Origin: Amoebidium appalachense
Lineage: Eukaryota > Protista > Ichthyosporea
Assembly: GCA_963693365.1 (NCBI GenBank)
Contig: CAVNZM010000012.1
Coordinates: 8,622,001 to 8,686,000, forward strand
DNA: 64,000 nucleotides
Reading direction: 5' to 3'
The translations under genes were made by a program, and so were the position numbers. The notes beneath the pieces were generated by a model that was given only the letters and a program-made list of their open reading frames with translations, had not been told where the DNA came from and searched no databases. Shown here in pieces: positions 1-33,786 of the stretch (positions within the stretch are counted from its first letter, which is position 1; every line of letters begins with the position of its first letter).

Positions 1-113
1 GCAGTGTTTACAGTGCGTCTTTATGTGTGTTAGGGGCCCCGGGAGTAGGGTTGGAGTGGAGTGGCTGGGGTGCCATTGGGATGAGGTGAGACGGGTGAGG
101 TTGGTGGGTGGGT

Positions 114-145
<32 letters not shown>

Positions 146-788
146 TGGGGGGGGGAAGAGGGGATTGGTACAGTCCCGGTGAGAATCATGCATCGATAGT
201 ATTACATGCAAACTTTGAGATTGAAAAATAGGCAACTGGCAGGCACATAGAAAAGCAACGAATTACCCACAAAAAAGAGGTGGGGATCAAGGGGTAGAGA
301 GGTGGCTGTACGGTAATGGGAAAGCGAAGAAAGAGCTCTTACACCGGTGCTTAGAAAGAAGTGAAACATGCCAAACAGTAGGTTAGATCAAGTTGCAAGA
401 GATTTCGAGCACAGGTGCAAGGCGGTGTTGTGAGGTATTCAAAAGGGAGAGCGAGGGCGGCGGCCGTGTGCGCGCGTGTGTGTGTGTGTGTTTGGGGGGG
501 GGGGGGGGGGGGGGGGGGAGGGAGGGGAAGGGGGGAGAGGGGGAGGGACGGGGGGGGGGGGGGGGGGGAGGAGGAGATGGTTTACATGTGAAATCGTGTG
601 TTTCTCCTTCCTCACACGCACACACAAATACTGTGACGCACCGCACTCTCTTCCCCCCTCCCCCTCTTCCCCTCTCGTTCTCTCAATCATATGCGGACAC
701 CAACAAACACACTCGTAAACTCACTTTCACTCTGACTCTCGCTCACCCCGACATCCTCTCATCCTTTTCTCCACACACACACACACAT

Positions 789-848
<60 letters not shown>

Positions 849-1046
849 GCGCGCCCGCGCGCGCACACACACTCGCTCTTTGCTTTCCCCTTCACTTTGA
901 TCCCCTCTTGGTCTGACTTTCCTCTCTCTCTCTCTCTCTCTCTCCCCCCCCTCCCCCCCCCCCCCCCTTTCGAGTCTCCGAGTCACCTCTCTTCTTTCTC
1001 TCTCTCTTTAGGCTCCCTCCCTCTCTCTGCCTCCCTCTCTATATGA

Positions 1047-1141
<95 letters not shown>

Positions 1142-1472
1142 TTCTCCTATCCAGGCTCGAACATGTATTACTCACTCGCTCCCTCCGACACACACACTCC
1201 AACCCCCTCCCTCCCCCCCCCCCCCCCCCCCCCCCTCCCCCCTCCCACTCTTGCCTCCCACACAAATCCTCAAGAGCCTCGGTTTTGTATATTATGTATG
1301 GATGCAAACCCTTCGTTTTTATGTGTGTGTACATGTATGCCGCAGGCAAAGCCTTGGAAGGGGCGGGGGGGGGGAGGGGGGAGGAGAGGGGGGAGGGGGG
1401 AGGGGGGAGGGGGGGGAGGGGTTGAATCAATTCATAGCAATGAATATCCTATCAAAAACTGAGAGAGATTTG

Positions 1473-1504
<32 letters not shown>

Positions 1505-2281
1505 AGCACGCACCAGTTCCGCGCGCCGTCCGTACTTCTTGCCCTGACCACTCGGAGGTTCATCGTGGGCCATTTGCTTTCACACCGCCTGCCTCCCCTG
1601 CAGAATAAAAAAAGAAAGGAAAAGAGGGAAGAAAGAAAAGAAAGAAAGAAAGGAAGGGGAAAAAATAAGAATAAAAAATAAAACAAAAGAAAGATTCTGA
1701 AAGAAGAAAGGAAAGAGAGAGAGAGAACAAAAACCGACCAAACAAAGGGGGGAAGGGGGGGGGGGGGGGGGGGGGGGGGAGGGGGGGGGGGGGAAGAAAG
1801 GAAAGGAGGTTAGCACGATGCAGCCGGCGTTCTCAGGCACATGGGATAGTAAAGGTCATATGTTTGATATCATACATCCGAGATTTGAAGACAGAGACGG
1901 CCGTCTCAGTGAACAACAAGGTATTAATGGGTTACTCACAACAACCAATTGGCCCACCATACACCTTACTATTACCTTTAACCTTAGTACGGAAAAAGGA
2001 TACCATTGAAAGCGAAAAAACAACTCTGGACGTAATGCTGCCAAACACAAATGGTTGGAAAGACGAAACCAGAAAACAAAAGCACAAAATGGCAAATAGA
2101 GCACTCTCGGGCAAAAGACGCCCGGATGGAGCCCATTAAGTGTCTAATGCAGTGCGAAGAACAAAGATTTACAACAGAAAACTCAATGCACAAGCGCGAA
2201 AACGTTATAAAAGAGCGTGAGCTGGTGTGCAGAGTCAGCACTGAGTCCATCCTTGGAACGGGGCGAAACATTTCCGTGCGC

Positions 2282-2358
<77 letters not shown>

Positions 2359-2412
2359 CGTGCGTGCGTGCGTGCGTGCGCGCCAGTGCATGTGTGTGTG
2401 TGCGTGTGCGTG

Positions 2413-2494
<82 letters not shown>

Positions 2495-3430
2495 ACGGTG
2501 TGTGTGTCTTTGGGGGCCCTTAGGGGGCGGGGGGAGGGAGGGGGTGGAGGGGAGGAGGGGTGAAGGGGAGAAAGACAGAGGGGAAAAAGAGAGATGGGAG
2601 TTCGGAAGAGAGAGAAATAGCCTGAGAGGGAGATAGAGGGGGGGGGGGGGGGGGGGGGGGGGAGGGGGGAGGGAGAGAGGGAGGGAGGGCGGGGGGGGAG
2701 AGAGGGAGGGAAGGGGGAGGGGGGGGGGGGGGGGGGACAGGAGGAGGGAGGGAGAGAGAGAAGCCATATCAGGAAAACAATTCCAAAGATACGACAGAAA
2801 CTCAAACTTTAGGTTCCGTAAAAGAAAGCAATCACAGTCGATTTCCCTGCTTCAAGCCTTGGTTATACTTCCTTTGCAACCCAGATTTCTAAACATCTCT
2901 CGAAGTACAAACTGCAGCACGCAAATCCGATTGAAAGCCAGAGGAAATAGAAACCGGGTCAGAGCCAAAACCAGTAACCAGTTTCAAGAAAAAACAGTAA
3001 CAGGATCTCCCCGCCAATAAACCAAAACACTACAAACGTAGAGAAAAAGAAACACCAACACGAGTATGTGTGGCCCCGAAGTCTTAGAAGTGATGCAGAG
3101 GACGAGGTATTGGGGAAAGTGTATTTATTGGTCATCGTGCACCCAGCATTGTCATGAGTCAAGACACGGTACTACGGTACTCCGAAAAAACATACCAAGT
3201 GAGAAACTTTTCGAAGGACACACAGAAGTTGGGTGAATGATATTGCAGGCAACGGTTTCATAAGAGTTTGCCGAACAAAACATATCTCAAATAGGCTGTC
3301 TCCCTAATTCTACTGTACTCTTTTTCACCCGCCCTTGCGTCCACTTGCATGTGAACAACAAACCTCTGCCGTGGGTCAATGCAGATTTCGTCAAAAAAAA
3401 ATATATAAAAAAATGCAAGGGTGAGCTCAC

Positions 3431-3720
3431 AGGTGGTTTGAATCTGACTCAAGTCTAAGAGCTTTATGTCTTAGTTAACTAAGTAATGTCTGCACAACTG
3501 TGTAAAACACCGATGGCAACGCAGATTTAACATAATCGAGAATCAGAAAGGAAGAATAGGCATATGGTGGCCAAATCAGTGTGACGGTAATTCAGGTCGG
3601 TGGCCCAGATGTTTGTGTGTGTGCGTGTGTGCGTGTTCGTGTGCGCGCGCGTGTGTGTGCGTGCGCGCATACGTGTGTGTGTGCGTGCGCAGATTGTGCA
3701 CGCGTGTGTGCTGGTGTGTA

Positions 3721-3777
<57 letters not shown>

Positions 3778-5460
3778 ACAGTGTGTGTGTGTGTGTGCAC
3801 AGTGCGTGCGTGTGTGTGTGTGTGTGTACAGTGTGCGTGTTTGTGTGTGTGTGTGTGTGCGTGTGCGTGCGGGTGTCCGTGCTCCAGAGACAATGTGTGT
3901 GCATGTGTGGGTGGGTGTGTGCATCTATGTGACTATGCATACGGCGTTTTGGGGCCGGGGGGGGGGGGGGGGGGGGGGGGGAGGGAGGGCGGAGGAAGAA
4001 AACAAACTCACTGCTAGTAGGACTGAGACTTCAGCAATAACGGTTTCTCGAACAATACGACTAAGTGCCAACTTCATAGTTTGTGGTGGCATGGTACTAA
4101 ACTGACACCCTGAGGTGTAGACTCTTCCCAACAAGACAACTCACACCAAGGCTATGCACCGTGGCACCAACCGTTACTAGACAAACTTTGCCATACCCAG
4201 CTCAAGTACTCTAAGCTGCCGTGAAAAAGTTTTGGTGTCGCTCAGGCTCATGTTTCGATCCTGAGTAAGAGGTGATGCAAACACTGCAACCCGAAAGGAT
4301 GCAATTTGCCAAAGTTGACCGCTTGTGAAGCAACATTATAGCCCGACTGCAAACGAAACAACCACCCCGGCGAAATTCGTTTAATGGCCTTGATAACATC
4401 TCCAAAAAGTGAATGCAGGGAAGACTTGATTATCGAGATGATGCGAACGCTGAACCCTATGGGGAGTAATTTGTAGGTGATTGCAACAGATGAAACTCTG
4501 CACGAAAGCCACCATCACGGTGCTAATGCCAACCTTTCGCTCCCTAGCAGAATTCACAACGGTTATAAACGAAAAACACAGGTAAGGCCGGAGATGCGAT
4601 CTGAGAAAACATTTTGTGCGGGCACTTCTCTATGTTCGCTCGTTTCGAACCCTAGAAACTACTCACCTCTGCTCAAACGCCGAAAAAAGCAAAGCAGACC
4701 CTGACTGAGCAAACACCGTGACACGTCGATACTACTGTGAGATTACCACTTGACATGACTTGTTCCATGACCTTTTCAGGCGATTAAAAAAGTTGTAAAC
4801 GGCAAAGAGGGAGCGGAGTGCAAAGGTGCGGGAAGATGAGGTCGCTTTTGAGGTTCGACTGAGTTTACGGGAAAGACCAGTTGAACCGTACAGAAAAAAG
4901 AATCCTAAACTACAGTAAGCAAATAGTCACTCACAACGTGAAGCGAGAATTAAGGGGAGAGTGAGGAACCATTTTTGAAACGTGGTTTGAATGCGGCCTT
5001 AAGTGGGCACCGGAGAGGAGGGAGCACTGTTTAGGCGCCCGTCACAGAGATATCACACCACCAGCCCGTGACCGTTAGCTAAACTACGCCACCTGGAAAA
5101 CGTGACTTGAAAATCCAGGAAGCACACAGACTGTATAATCAAGAGTCTCCCAGGGCGAAGACAACAATGCTGGAGTCAATAAAGCGTTGCTAGTAAGTTA
5201 GTAAGTGGTGTAAAGTGGTATAAGCCACAAAATTTCTGCAACAGAAAACCCAGAACATGGAGCCTCAGGGGGTGCACGACGGGGCCTACAGCAATAACTG
5301 TGAACCTCAGGGGGGGAAGGGGGGAGGAAGCAGACGTAAAGACATGTTTGATGAAAAACGTTACGGGTCCAGGGGAGTTACAAGCACTCACCTTGTGGTT
5401 GTAGCCACTCGGGAGAAGAGCAGGAAGGGTAGGTAAGTTTCTGGTTGATTTTTGTCTTGG
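3431..5460 (-). other. Possible 5'-UTR exon(s) of a minus-strand gene extending beyond the left edge
   Basis: Strong minus donor AAG|GTGAGT at 5392/5391 after a pyrimidine-rich leader, and a possible micro-exon 3454-3431 (TAG..|GTGAGC). Microsatellite-rich, intron-like DNA runs to position 1. No coding exon found. Confidence 0.25.
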
Positions 5461-8400
5461 TTACAGAGAGGTCACTGGAGTGACCAGCACAGTCACTCCG
5501 AGGCATCCGGCCGACCCAGAGAGACTACCGGGCCAGCTAAATCGGTAAAGATGAAGATTGGAAGCAGAATTTCGTAGCGAAAAGCCGGTGGTTATGGAAA
5601 GAAACCCAAAGTTGTGGTCCTCAGTTTGTAATGTGGGATCTCCCACCAGTTACAACCGGAATAAGTAACGGTCGATTTCTAAAATGTCACCTACTTGGTT
5701 TCTGAATTGTGAATACCATCAGGCCCCCACATAAAACTTAAACGATGGCGTGTGTTGGGCACGGCATTGGCGTACAACTGACAAAAAAACAATACCTATT
5801 CTTAGTCCTCGGATCAAAGGTTCAGTCACACAAGGTTAGGGACTGTCTCTGAGTCATCAGATTTTCGTTGTTGACACACTGACTGTCAGTCTTGCTTCGT
5901 TTTATGACTTTGAAGTGAACGCCGAGTGAGAGAGAGCCACACTACTCATGGGCTCGGCGTTTCGTTCATTCTTATAGTGTCAGATCAGAGAAAGTCACTA
6001 ACCCACAGTGTTATATACTAAGAAACGAACCGTCTCTACCAGCAAGGGTGGAAAAATGAGCAGCCAAGGGCCCATCCGAAAAATTTCAAAGTTGCCTTTG
6101 TACCACTGTCTGAGAGCTTAAAACCATGTGAAACCACCAATATTCTAGCCCGAGCAGGGACAAACAAACACGTGTACAGAAACTCCTTTCTGTTCCGCTG
6201 CATATATACGTGGTATACTATGAAACTCGCCAAACCGCGCCAACGGCTGCGTGATAATAATCGGTGTGTCAGAGCTGTGTCAGTTTATTTTCTTCCGATG
6301 CTGGCGTCACCAACTGGTGCATGCAAAAAAATGCATGCGCCCGGAATACCGTGACGTCACGCGTACGCACTGCGGCCAACGGGTTCTTGATGACCGGTGG
6401 GTGTACAATATATGCTTGATGTTTGCCTTTAACTATCTACTATGTTCTGTATGCTCTTTAATATAGTTTTTGGTTAAATTCAAATAAACAATTTAATTAG
6501 TTGGTTATTATTATGATCATTGTTGTTTTCCCTCTCACCAGGCGTCTCGATCAGGCACGGAGCTTCGACTGTCGGGTTCTAATCTTCGGAGCAAACGGCC
6601 AATCGGGATCTGCGATGGAAGCTGATCATGACGACTCAGTCCAATGTTCGTGTGCACCATCAGGATTTTATCCGAAGTGGCCGCTCTTTCAGAAAAAACC
6701 ATAAATAAAAAGTAAATATTACTGTAAACAAATATATTTAACATATTATTTCACCAAAGGTGTGCTTTGCTTTAGGTAAGTGGCGAATTACGATATTAGT
6801 CATGCGTCTCTGTAGCCGTCAATTTTTGTAACATTACGCACCGCGTGCTGTCGTGTGACTCGTGTCGTATCGATTGGTTGCAAAAGGAATTCTTTTTCAA
6901 AAACATGAGCTCAAGATATTACAAAACAGCTAAATAATAAAGGATATGAACTGGCACGCATACAGATAGTCTACTTTATGCTCATGTTCAGCTCCATTTT
7001 TTCTTTGATTCCAAGAACTCTCTGATAGTGAAGAAAGCCCGTGCCAGCGGTGCTACTTCTGGGGAATTCGATGAGTAAATATATCTCATTATTCTCTTGC
7101 TCTGTTTGTGACATGTTCAGGGGAAAATTCCTGAGAAGTTGATCGAATTTCATATCATTTGATTTTCCAAGAAATAAAAGCTTTAAGTATGATAGACACC
7201 TAATAATTAACCAAATATAAGATGCGGTTAACCTTTTTTTTTCCTTCTATGATTTCTGAGTCACGTTCACATATTCCAGAAGAATTCCAGGTTCCCGATT
7301 CGCTCGATAAAAAACGACCCCCCGTAATTCATCCCCCTTGACCTCCACGTGTTCAAATGATAATTTATTTTTGATTGAGTCTATGGAGACGCGACCACGG
7401 ATAAACTATTGTAGTAATTATTGTAGTAACATGTTATGCCTCACCATGCATAGCTGTCTCACGTCACGGTACGCATCATCCTACATAGTGCACAAGTAAA
7501 CACGTGACACCTGCATGTGATAAAGTATTTCTCAACAGTACAGTAACAAAGGCTTATCAAAATCAAGAGATATACGTAGGCCTAGGGCTCCCTTTCGCGT
7601 TAGCCAGCGGGTATTTAAAGCCTTGGAGACTAGTGCCACACGTTCCCCATGAAGGCGGAGTCAGCTCTGAAGAGGCGATATGAGGTACCCTCATAAGAGA
7701 TATATGTACGTAGGGCCTTTGCGGCAATTGCGAACAAACTTTTGGGGGATTTTTTTTTGCGGAATTTCCCGGCGGCGGCCCAGTCACTGTGAGTCCGAGA
7801 CATTGATCTATTGAATAGCTATAGGCTACAGCACTACAATCAGCCAGTCAGAGGCTGTAACATGATATCAGAGTGATGGTCATGACGCATAATGCAAAAA
7901 TTTAATCGTGTACTCTCGCATTTGCAAATGGGTGGATTGTGGGCCGTACAGCATATGACAATTCAGTATTTCCAATTTTTAGAGCTGTCAAAGTTTTGTG
8001 GCAATGGCGCCAGGCATGAGACCGCGGATCCAGTTCGAGTCACGTGAAAATCATGTGCGTGTGCACGGTTCTCCAGAGCTTCTGGTCTCCCTAGTTGCGG
8101 CATAAAATCGCAGATACTCAGTACTATTGAACTGGCATATTTTCACTGAGCAGGTCAAGTTGTACAGAAACTCAACAAAGATGTGCTGGATCATAAATAA
8201 AGTCACCTTTGGGAGAGGCCGTTTTGTTTATGAAAATATTTTTAATTCTACATTAGGGATAATCCGATAATTTTATGATTTTATTTTTTCAAGAGTATAC
8301 GATAATCACGAAAAGGCGATTCATCCGATCTACTGGATCTAGGGGACCATTCATTTTGATCAGTGATCAGCACGGTTTGTGTTAGGTGTACATAGCCTCA

Positions 8401-11261
8401 GGGGTCACCCTTCCGAAAAAACAGCACAAATGAACCAGTCACTGATGATTGAGGCAAGATAATGATAAATAGATAAGACACTATACTGAGCACGAACTAC
8501 AGGGACCTGCACAGGTTTCCCGAATCGATTGAGGCGCGCACGCACACTGGTCCCATGACACGTTGTACCCGGGGAGTACCGCCCAGGAGTCGACCGGAAA
8601 GTTGCCAAAGCTACCCCCCTTGCGTTTGATTGAGGCATGGCTCAACGAGTCAACGTCCGTGCTGCCGGGCCTGGCGCGGCTTTTCCGTTACACGTGCACA
8701 CACACGTGCACGGCGGCCGCGCATCCGTAAAGGCGCTGCAGGCATTGGTCGGTGTGTGGCCGTGGTCATGCCAACGTGCTTGGCAAACTCAGTACTAGGC
8801 TGCAGGCGGCAGGGCAGTGCAGTGGGCCGGGTGTGTGCAAACGCGGATGGTCGGACACGCCGACGGTCACTTGCAGGCTGCTACATGGCAGCCGGGCTTG
8901 GAAAAGCCTTTACGGTTAAGTCGGTATTGTGGGTCGGCCGACTCGATTGTCGGATGTCATTAATCACCTGCTCTGCATGCCCGTTCGAACTCGTGTTACT
9001 AAGCTCTAGACTCAGTGGGTCTCGGAGCTTTGAGTGTATTCATAATATACACATATTCAAAACTTGTAATCTCATTCACCCGTAACTGTTGTTTCGGAGC
9101 CAGTCTTGCTGCAGACGCGTCGCCGTGCGCTGCCCGCATGCATATGCGTGCCTCGAGGCCTCGAATGCACGTTAGCTAAAATTTCAGTAACAATTCGATT
9201 TAGTGGCTGCCTGAACTTCACAGATTTTTTTAAAGGTCGCAGTGTGTCGCCGCTTTGTGCTTGTCAAGGTTAACGTTGCTGGGCATCTGAGCAGCCTGAG
9301 TATTAGCTTTGAAGGTTTCTTACCAGCGATTAAATGATATTTGGACTGCCAGCATGGCATGGCTTGTGACGCATGTGGGCCGCAGTATTACTTCCTCCCA
9401 CGCCTGGCCCAACAGTTACTTTACTTTGAGGGGTGGCATCCAAAGTTGCAAGTTTCTGAAGGGGTTAACAGCTACAGCCGGGTTCACTGGCTGTTGACCC
9501 TGAGCCTGAACAGTCACAGTAACTGCCAGGGCCTGGTACTGACACGATGCAATCATAGTAATATAAGGCTTCGCTCCGCAATATGATAGACACTCAACAC
9601 TGAGGCCGCCCAATTGCAAGGGTCAAAGCGTCGTGACTTTCTGCAGCTGTGAACAGACTAACAGCCTGGAGTTGATATTTGAAGCAGTATAATGTAGGTG
9701 ACCCCGACACGTACCAGTCATGACATCCTGCTTCCACTCGGACCACAAGCATTGCCTGACGGTCACGGAACATTCAGGGAATGATTATTGAACAACTCAA
9801 ACACAGTGACACCCCCAGCCTTCCCCTCGGTCCAAGACCGGCCGGGTCGGTGCCCGGCCACTCAGTCTGACCGTCCTACTGGGCCCAGGCACTAATAGCA
9901 CTGAAGGGGTAGTCAGCGACATTCCGCACTGGGGAGAGTACACAAAGACACAATATTAATGTGCTTCGTCTACTAAGGCCCGAGTTTTCCGGAGTCTCTT
10001 GACCCACCCAGGCGTACAATCCCAGGCACCCTCCCATCAAACTAAAATTCGGCCCAGTTAATGTTGGTCACTCAAGTGGGTGAGCCAGTCAGACAGGTCT
10101 CCTCGACTCAACATCTGCATGATGATGTATGATTCACCTCTGTGACAAGACAACTTGCAAATTCGAAAAAGTCCACAAGCCGCTAAACATGAGGCGCTGT
10201 GCGAAACTCAGCCGTCTGCAAGTTCTCAGGTTGTTCCGTGTACTTCCAAGTTTTTTTTTTTTGTTTTTTTTTGTTTTTTTTTTCGCTCTCGGTTTGGTTG
10301 ACTCCTGAGAGTTCTGAGGCTGGCTGGCCGGAGTCCTTCACCGAGCGTTACCAAGGTTGACTGCCTAATTAGGCAAGAATGATGGAAACTGATAAGCTGA
10401 TGCGGTCTCCGCCAATTACACGCGGCTACCTATTACCTAATTCCAGATCTGCCTTTGAACCAGTCAACTGCGCACGCATTTTCATGTTTCCTTGAAACAA
10501 CTTTTTGCCTACAAGCTACCACTAAAGGAACACGCAAACCTGTGTTTAAATTTATGATAGCCACAGAGCCACAGAATATTCTTATAGAGTAGGGTTTTTA
10601 GTGTTTCTTTTAGGTTTTTTTCTGGTGGGCTAGTCTTTAGATAACTAAGTTTGTGATCCAGTGGGTTTGTGAGGCTTTGTGGCTGCAGAGCAAAGGTAAG
10701 GGCAGGTTTGACAAAGGCTTTGCCGCGCCTGTTGCCTCTGACAAATGGCAAAGGTCGAAAGGCATTTGTAGCCGTCTCGGTGGAGGAAAACTTATTGTTA
10801 CTACTTTCTTGCATGCTTTCATCTGTAAACAAGTGTTTTAGTCGTTCGGTTCGTTTGCCATCAGAGATGAGATCTGTTCACGGCAGGTGTTTCGATGTTT
10901 AGATGCTTGGATCTCTCCACACAAGTTGTAACACTTTAATGTCAAGGAGGTAGAAGTTGGCTGCGGCCGTGTGGAAGCTTCATTTATTTTTGCACCAACT
11001 TGAAATGCCATAGCAACTCAAGGCTAGTGCCACTGCGAGGTTCAGCATAGCTCGCACTCGGGCATTCTACAGCTAACCTGTTGCGACTCTACATAAAACG
11101 GTTCGGAATATAGATAATTATTTAGCCGATGTGAGACAATTTCGGCATGCACATAATCTAATGCGCACACAAACACGCGTACACATACACACACACACAC
11201 TGCACACACACACTACACACACACACACACACACACACAGACACACCGAGACACACACACA

Positions 11262-11348
<87 letters not shown>

Positions 11349-11419
11349 CTGTCTACACTTGGCCATGGGTTACACATGCTCATGCATCCGTGCACCGGCA
11401 CGTGCGTGCATGCACACAC

Positions 11420-11533
<114 letters not shown>

Positions 11534-11563
11534 GTGTACGCATGCAAGTGCACCCGTGTGCAT

Positions 11564-11629
11564 CCCAATGATCCTGCAACTCTGTGACGCATCGAGACAG
11601 TGACGTCACAGAGTTGCAGGATTATTGGG
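11564..11629 (+). ncRNA. Pre-miRNA-like hairpin in the intron before the first coding exon
   Basis: 26-bp stem CCCAATGATCCTGCAACTCTGTGACG / CGTCACAGAGTTGCAGGATTATTGGG with one G-U pair and a 14-nt loop. Basal pairing TGCACC/GGTGCA outside. Confidence 0.4.
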
Positions 11630-11741
11630 GGGACAGAGGTGCATCGCACACACACACACCACAACCACATACAACAAGACCATGACTTGCTTACCACGCA
11701 TTACATCTTATGTCAACTAACCGCCTGTTTCCATGCAGAAA

Positions 11742-31361
<19,620 letters not shown>

Positions 31362-31518
31362 AGCTGATAACGAGGGTCCCGGAGTGAAGTGTGTGAGGTG
31401 GATATCCTCGATAGTGGTGTTTGTTGGGCTGACTATACCGAGGTAGTTTGGCCGGTCGCGATCGTCCAGTACTTGTGCTGGTTTAGAAAAAATTACTTTT
31501 TTCTAATCAAAGAAACAT

Positions 31519-31616
31519 ATTATGTTGCTGCATTTTTTTCTTCCTTTAGAACGTTATAGTCTTTCCGATTATGTTGCTGCATTTTTTTCTTCCTTTAGAA
31601 CGTTATAGTCTTTCCG
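31519..31616. repeat. ~49-bp tandem duplication downstream of the RhoGEF/GAP stop codon
   Basis: ATTATGTTGCTGCATTTTTTTCTTCCTTTAGAACGTTATAGTCTTTCCG x2. Confidence 0.9.
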
Positions 31617-33138
31617 GAGGCTCAAAAACCCTAGGCAAAACAAAACAAGCTAGCATTGGGGAGGGTGTTGAGTGAAAGAAATTACAGTTGGGGATACCAT
31701 GGATTATAGCGGGGATCATGTCTCGAATGGGTGGGATAAAATGGGATAAAGTGGTACAGCAGACACGGTGCTTTGCACTTTAAATGTTGGATGTTGCATG
31801 CAATCGAGTCAGCTACGTGCCCGCTTGCAATGGGAATTTTTATTAGTTATTGAAGCTCCGATGATCAGGTGAATAATATCTCAATAGTATGCGGGAGTGA
31901 TGGCTTTGTAAACCGCAATAATTATAATGCGAGACAGTAATGGAAACTTGTAGTGTATGCCTGAACTTCAGCCTGATTTACTATGTTACAATAAATAGAC
32001 AATAAATATGTTAGTAACGAGCGCTACTTGTTCTCACGAGAGCATACGTGCAAGTTTTTCACTTGTTTTAGGGGGCCTTACAGCACTATCGTGTAAAACG
32101 ATATCGGTGCCTGCAATTGCAGAGCTGAGGCACGTACGGTGTGGCAGAAAGATACGAAGTGTTTTGTATGTGGCGAGCATTCAGACATCGCTAGGATATC
32201 AATAGCCTACAGTATACGGATACGCGCGTGCGCGTGTGTGTGTGCACGTGTGTGGCATGTGTGTGTGCATGTGTGGCTGTGTGTCTGTATCAGCGGAACC
32301 AGACCAAAATAAAAGAAGAAGAATTATTGAACTGTACACGTTTTCTGAGAAGTCTGTGTCATCCGAAAGTGGCACGAGAGGCATCCACTGCGCCACATTA
32401 TATACTTATCAGTGGATGCAGGCTTACCAATCAGCTTACAGATCTTGATGCACAAGAGTGGGGCAATGTGGAATTTATTGATTGCCCCTAAAGGCGAGGT
32501 GGAAACAATTTAGAGATTGAAATTTATACGCCTAATTTTGTGCAGAAGTTCTTAGATATATATAATAAAATGCGAGAGCTTCATAGGGATTTTCATGCTT
32601 TGGTAGTTTCGGCTTGAGTTTATCCTTGGGAATCGTCCTTGCCCGGGCGAATAGGGCCATTTATATCGCTCCAAATAAGCCAACATAAAAATGGAAAAGG
32701 ACGATATGATTGGTGACAGATTTTGATATCACTCGTTTGAGATTCGTAGATCCCCGGGGAAAAGGGGATCAATTTTGCAGCTGTACAATTTAGCTATCAT
32801 TACAAGTTACATAAAGAAAAATACTTTTTATGGCGATAAACAGAACTACAAAGTTAGAAATCGGTTTTACAACAAGTTTATCATTAGTCGTTCATTATCA
32901 AGATGATGTCTTTTCATTGGTATACATACGAATAACAATACATGATAAGATGTATATCAGCAGGCCATTCCACAGAGAATTTTAGCCACACCCTGCCTAA
33001 GCGTAGCACTGAGTATCATCCAATGGTCAAGCTTTTAACTTTCATTTGTTAATTTGATTGGATTTTACTGTTCTTGTAGCCAATAAATTGATAGTGTCCT
33101 GGAAGCCACATGACCTTCGATGAAGCAAACGCTCCGAC

Positions 33139-33145
33139 TATAAAT
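33139..33145 (+). promoter_or_regulatory. Candidate TATA box for the 99-aa ORF
   Basis: TATAAAT about 35 bp upstream of a CT-rich putative 5' leader and 350 bp upstream of the ATG. Confidence 0.35.
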
Positions 33146-33486
33146 TGAAAATCGCCAACGGAAAAGCAGGTTCCGGTATTCTTCTTTCGTTTCTTCGTTT
33201 CTTCGATTCATCGTTTCTTGTTTTGCATGCTGACCACTCCTTCGAAGTCAGAAGGATACAAATAACCAGAGAAACGTCTTATTGAGGGAGTCTCTTGTTG
33301 TAAACGAGAGATTTCTCTAGTTATCATAACAACATTACACCCTCAACACCAGCATCGGGGAGCCTTGCGCATTTCTCTTGAAACACGGAGACCTTGACCG
33401 TTAACGCAGGCCTCGGAACCCCTTGTGTCGACATACACAAACAAAACGTCAGAAAACGTCTGCAACTTCTTACCTTTATTGTAAAA

Positions 33487-33786
33487 ATGTCTTACAAGCG
33501 CACCTCCGACGAAGTCATGTGCGAAGACTACTCCTTCAGAAAACTGGCACGCTTTGATGGCACAACATCCTCCGTTCCATATGCCTTCCCAATCTACCAG
33601 CAAGAAACATACACCTACGCAGACTCGCTCATGGACACAGCTCCTTGTGCGTCTGCTGTAGAGATGGATTATTGCAGCCCTCCAGAGGCGATGATGGGAG
33701 AAGCATCCCCTGCATCTGTCGCCATGGAGGTCGAAACGAACTATGCACCCCACCATAGATTCATCACGTCGTTTGTCACCTACTGA
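33487..33786 (+). CDS. Hypothetical intronless 99-aa acidic protein
   Basis: ATG in AAAATGT context. Non-repetitive ORF MSYKRTSDEVMCEDYSFRKLARFD...HHRFITSFVTY*, upstream TATAAAT and pyrimidine-rich leader, A-rich downstream region. No family recognised. Confidence 0.55.
   Translation: MSYKRTSDEVMCEDYSFRKLARFDGTTSSVPYAFPIYQQETYTYADSLMDTAPCASAVEMDYCSPPEAMMGEASPASVAMEVETNYAPHHRFITSFVTY

Noticed and set aside
7566-7720. CTGAAGAG hammerhead-like word between short direct repeats
   Set aside because: No stem II followed by GAAA, and no cleavage-site stem
10509-10832. Minus ORF ending ..LKTSPPEKNLKETLKTLLY, faintly like a LINE ORF2 C-terminus
   Set aside because: No RT or endonuclease motifs nearby, and the similarity is too weak to call
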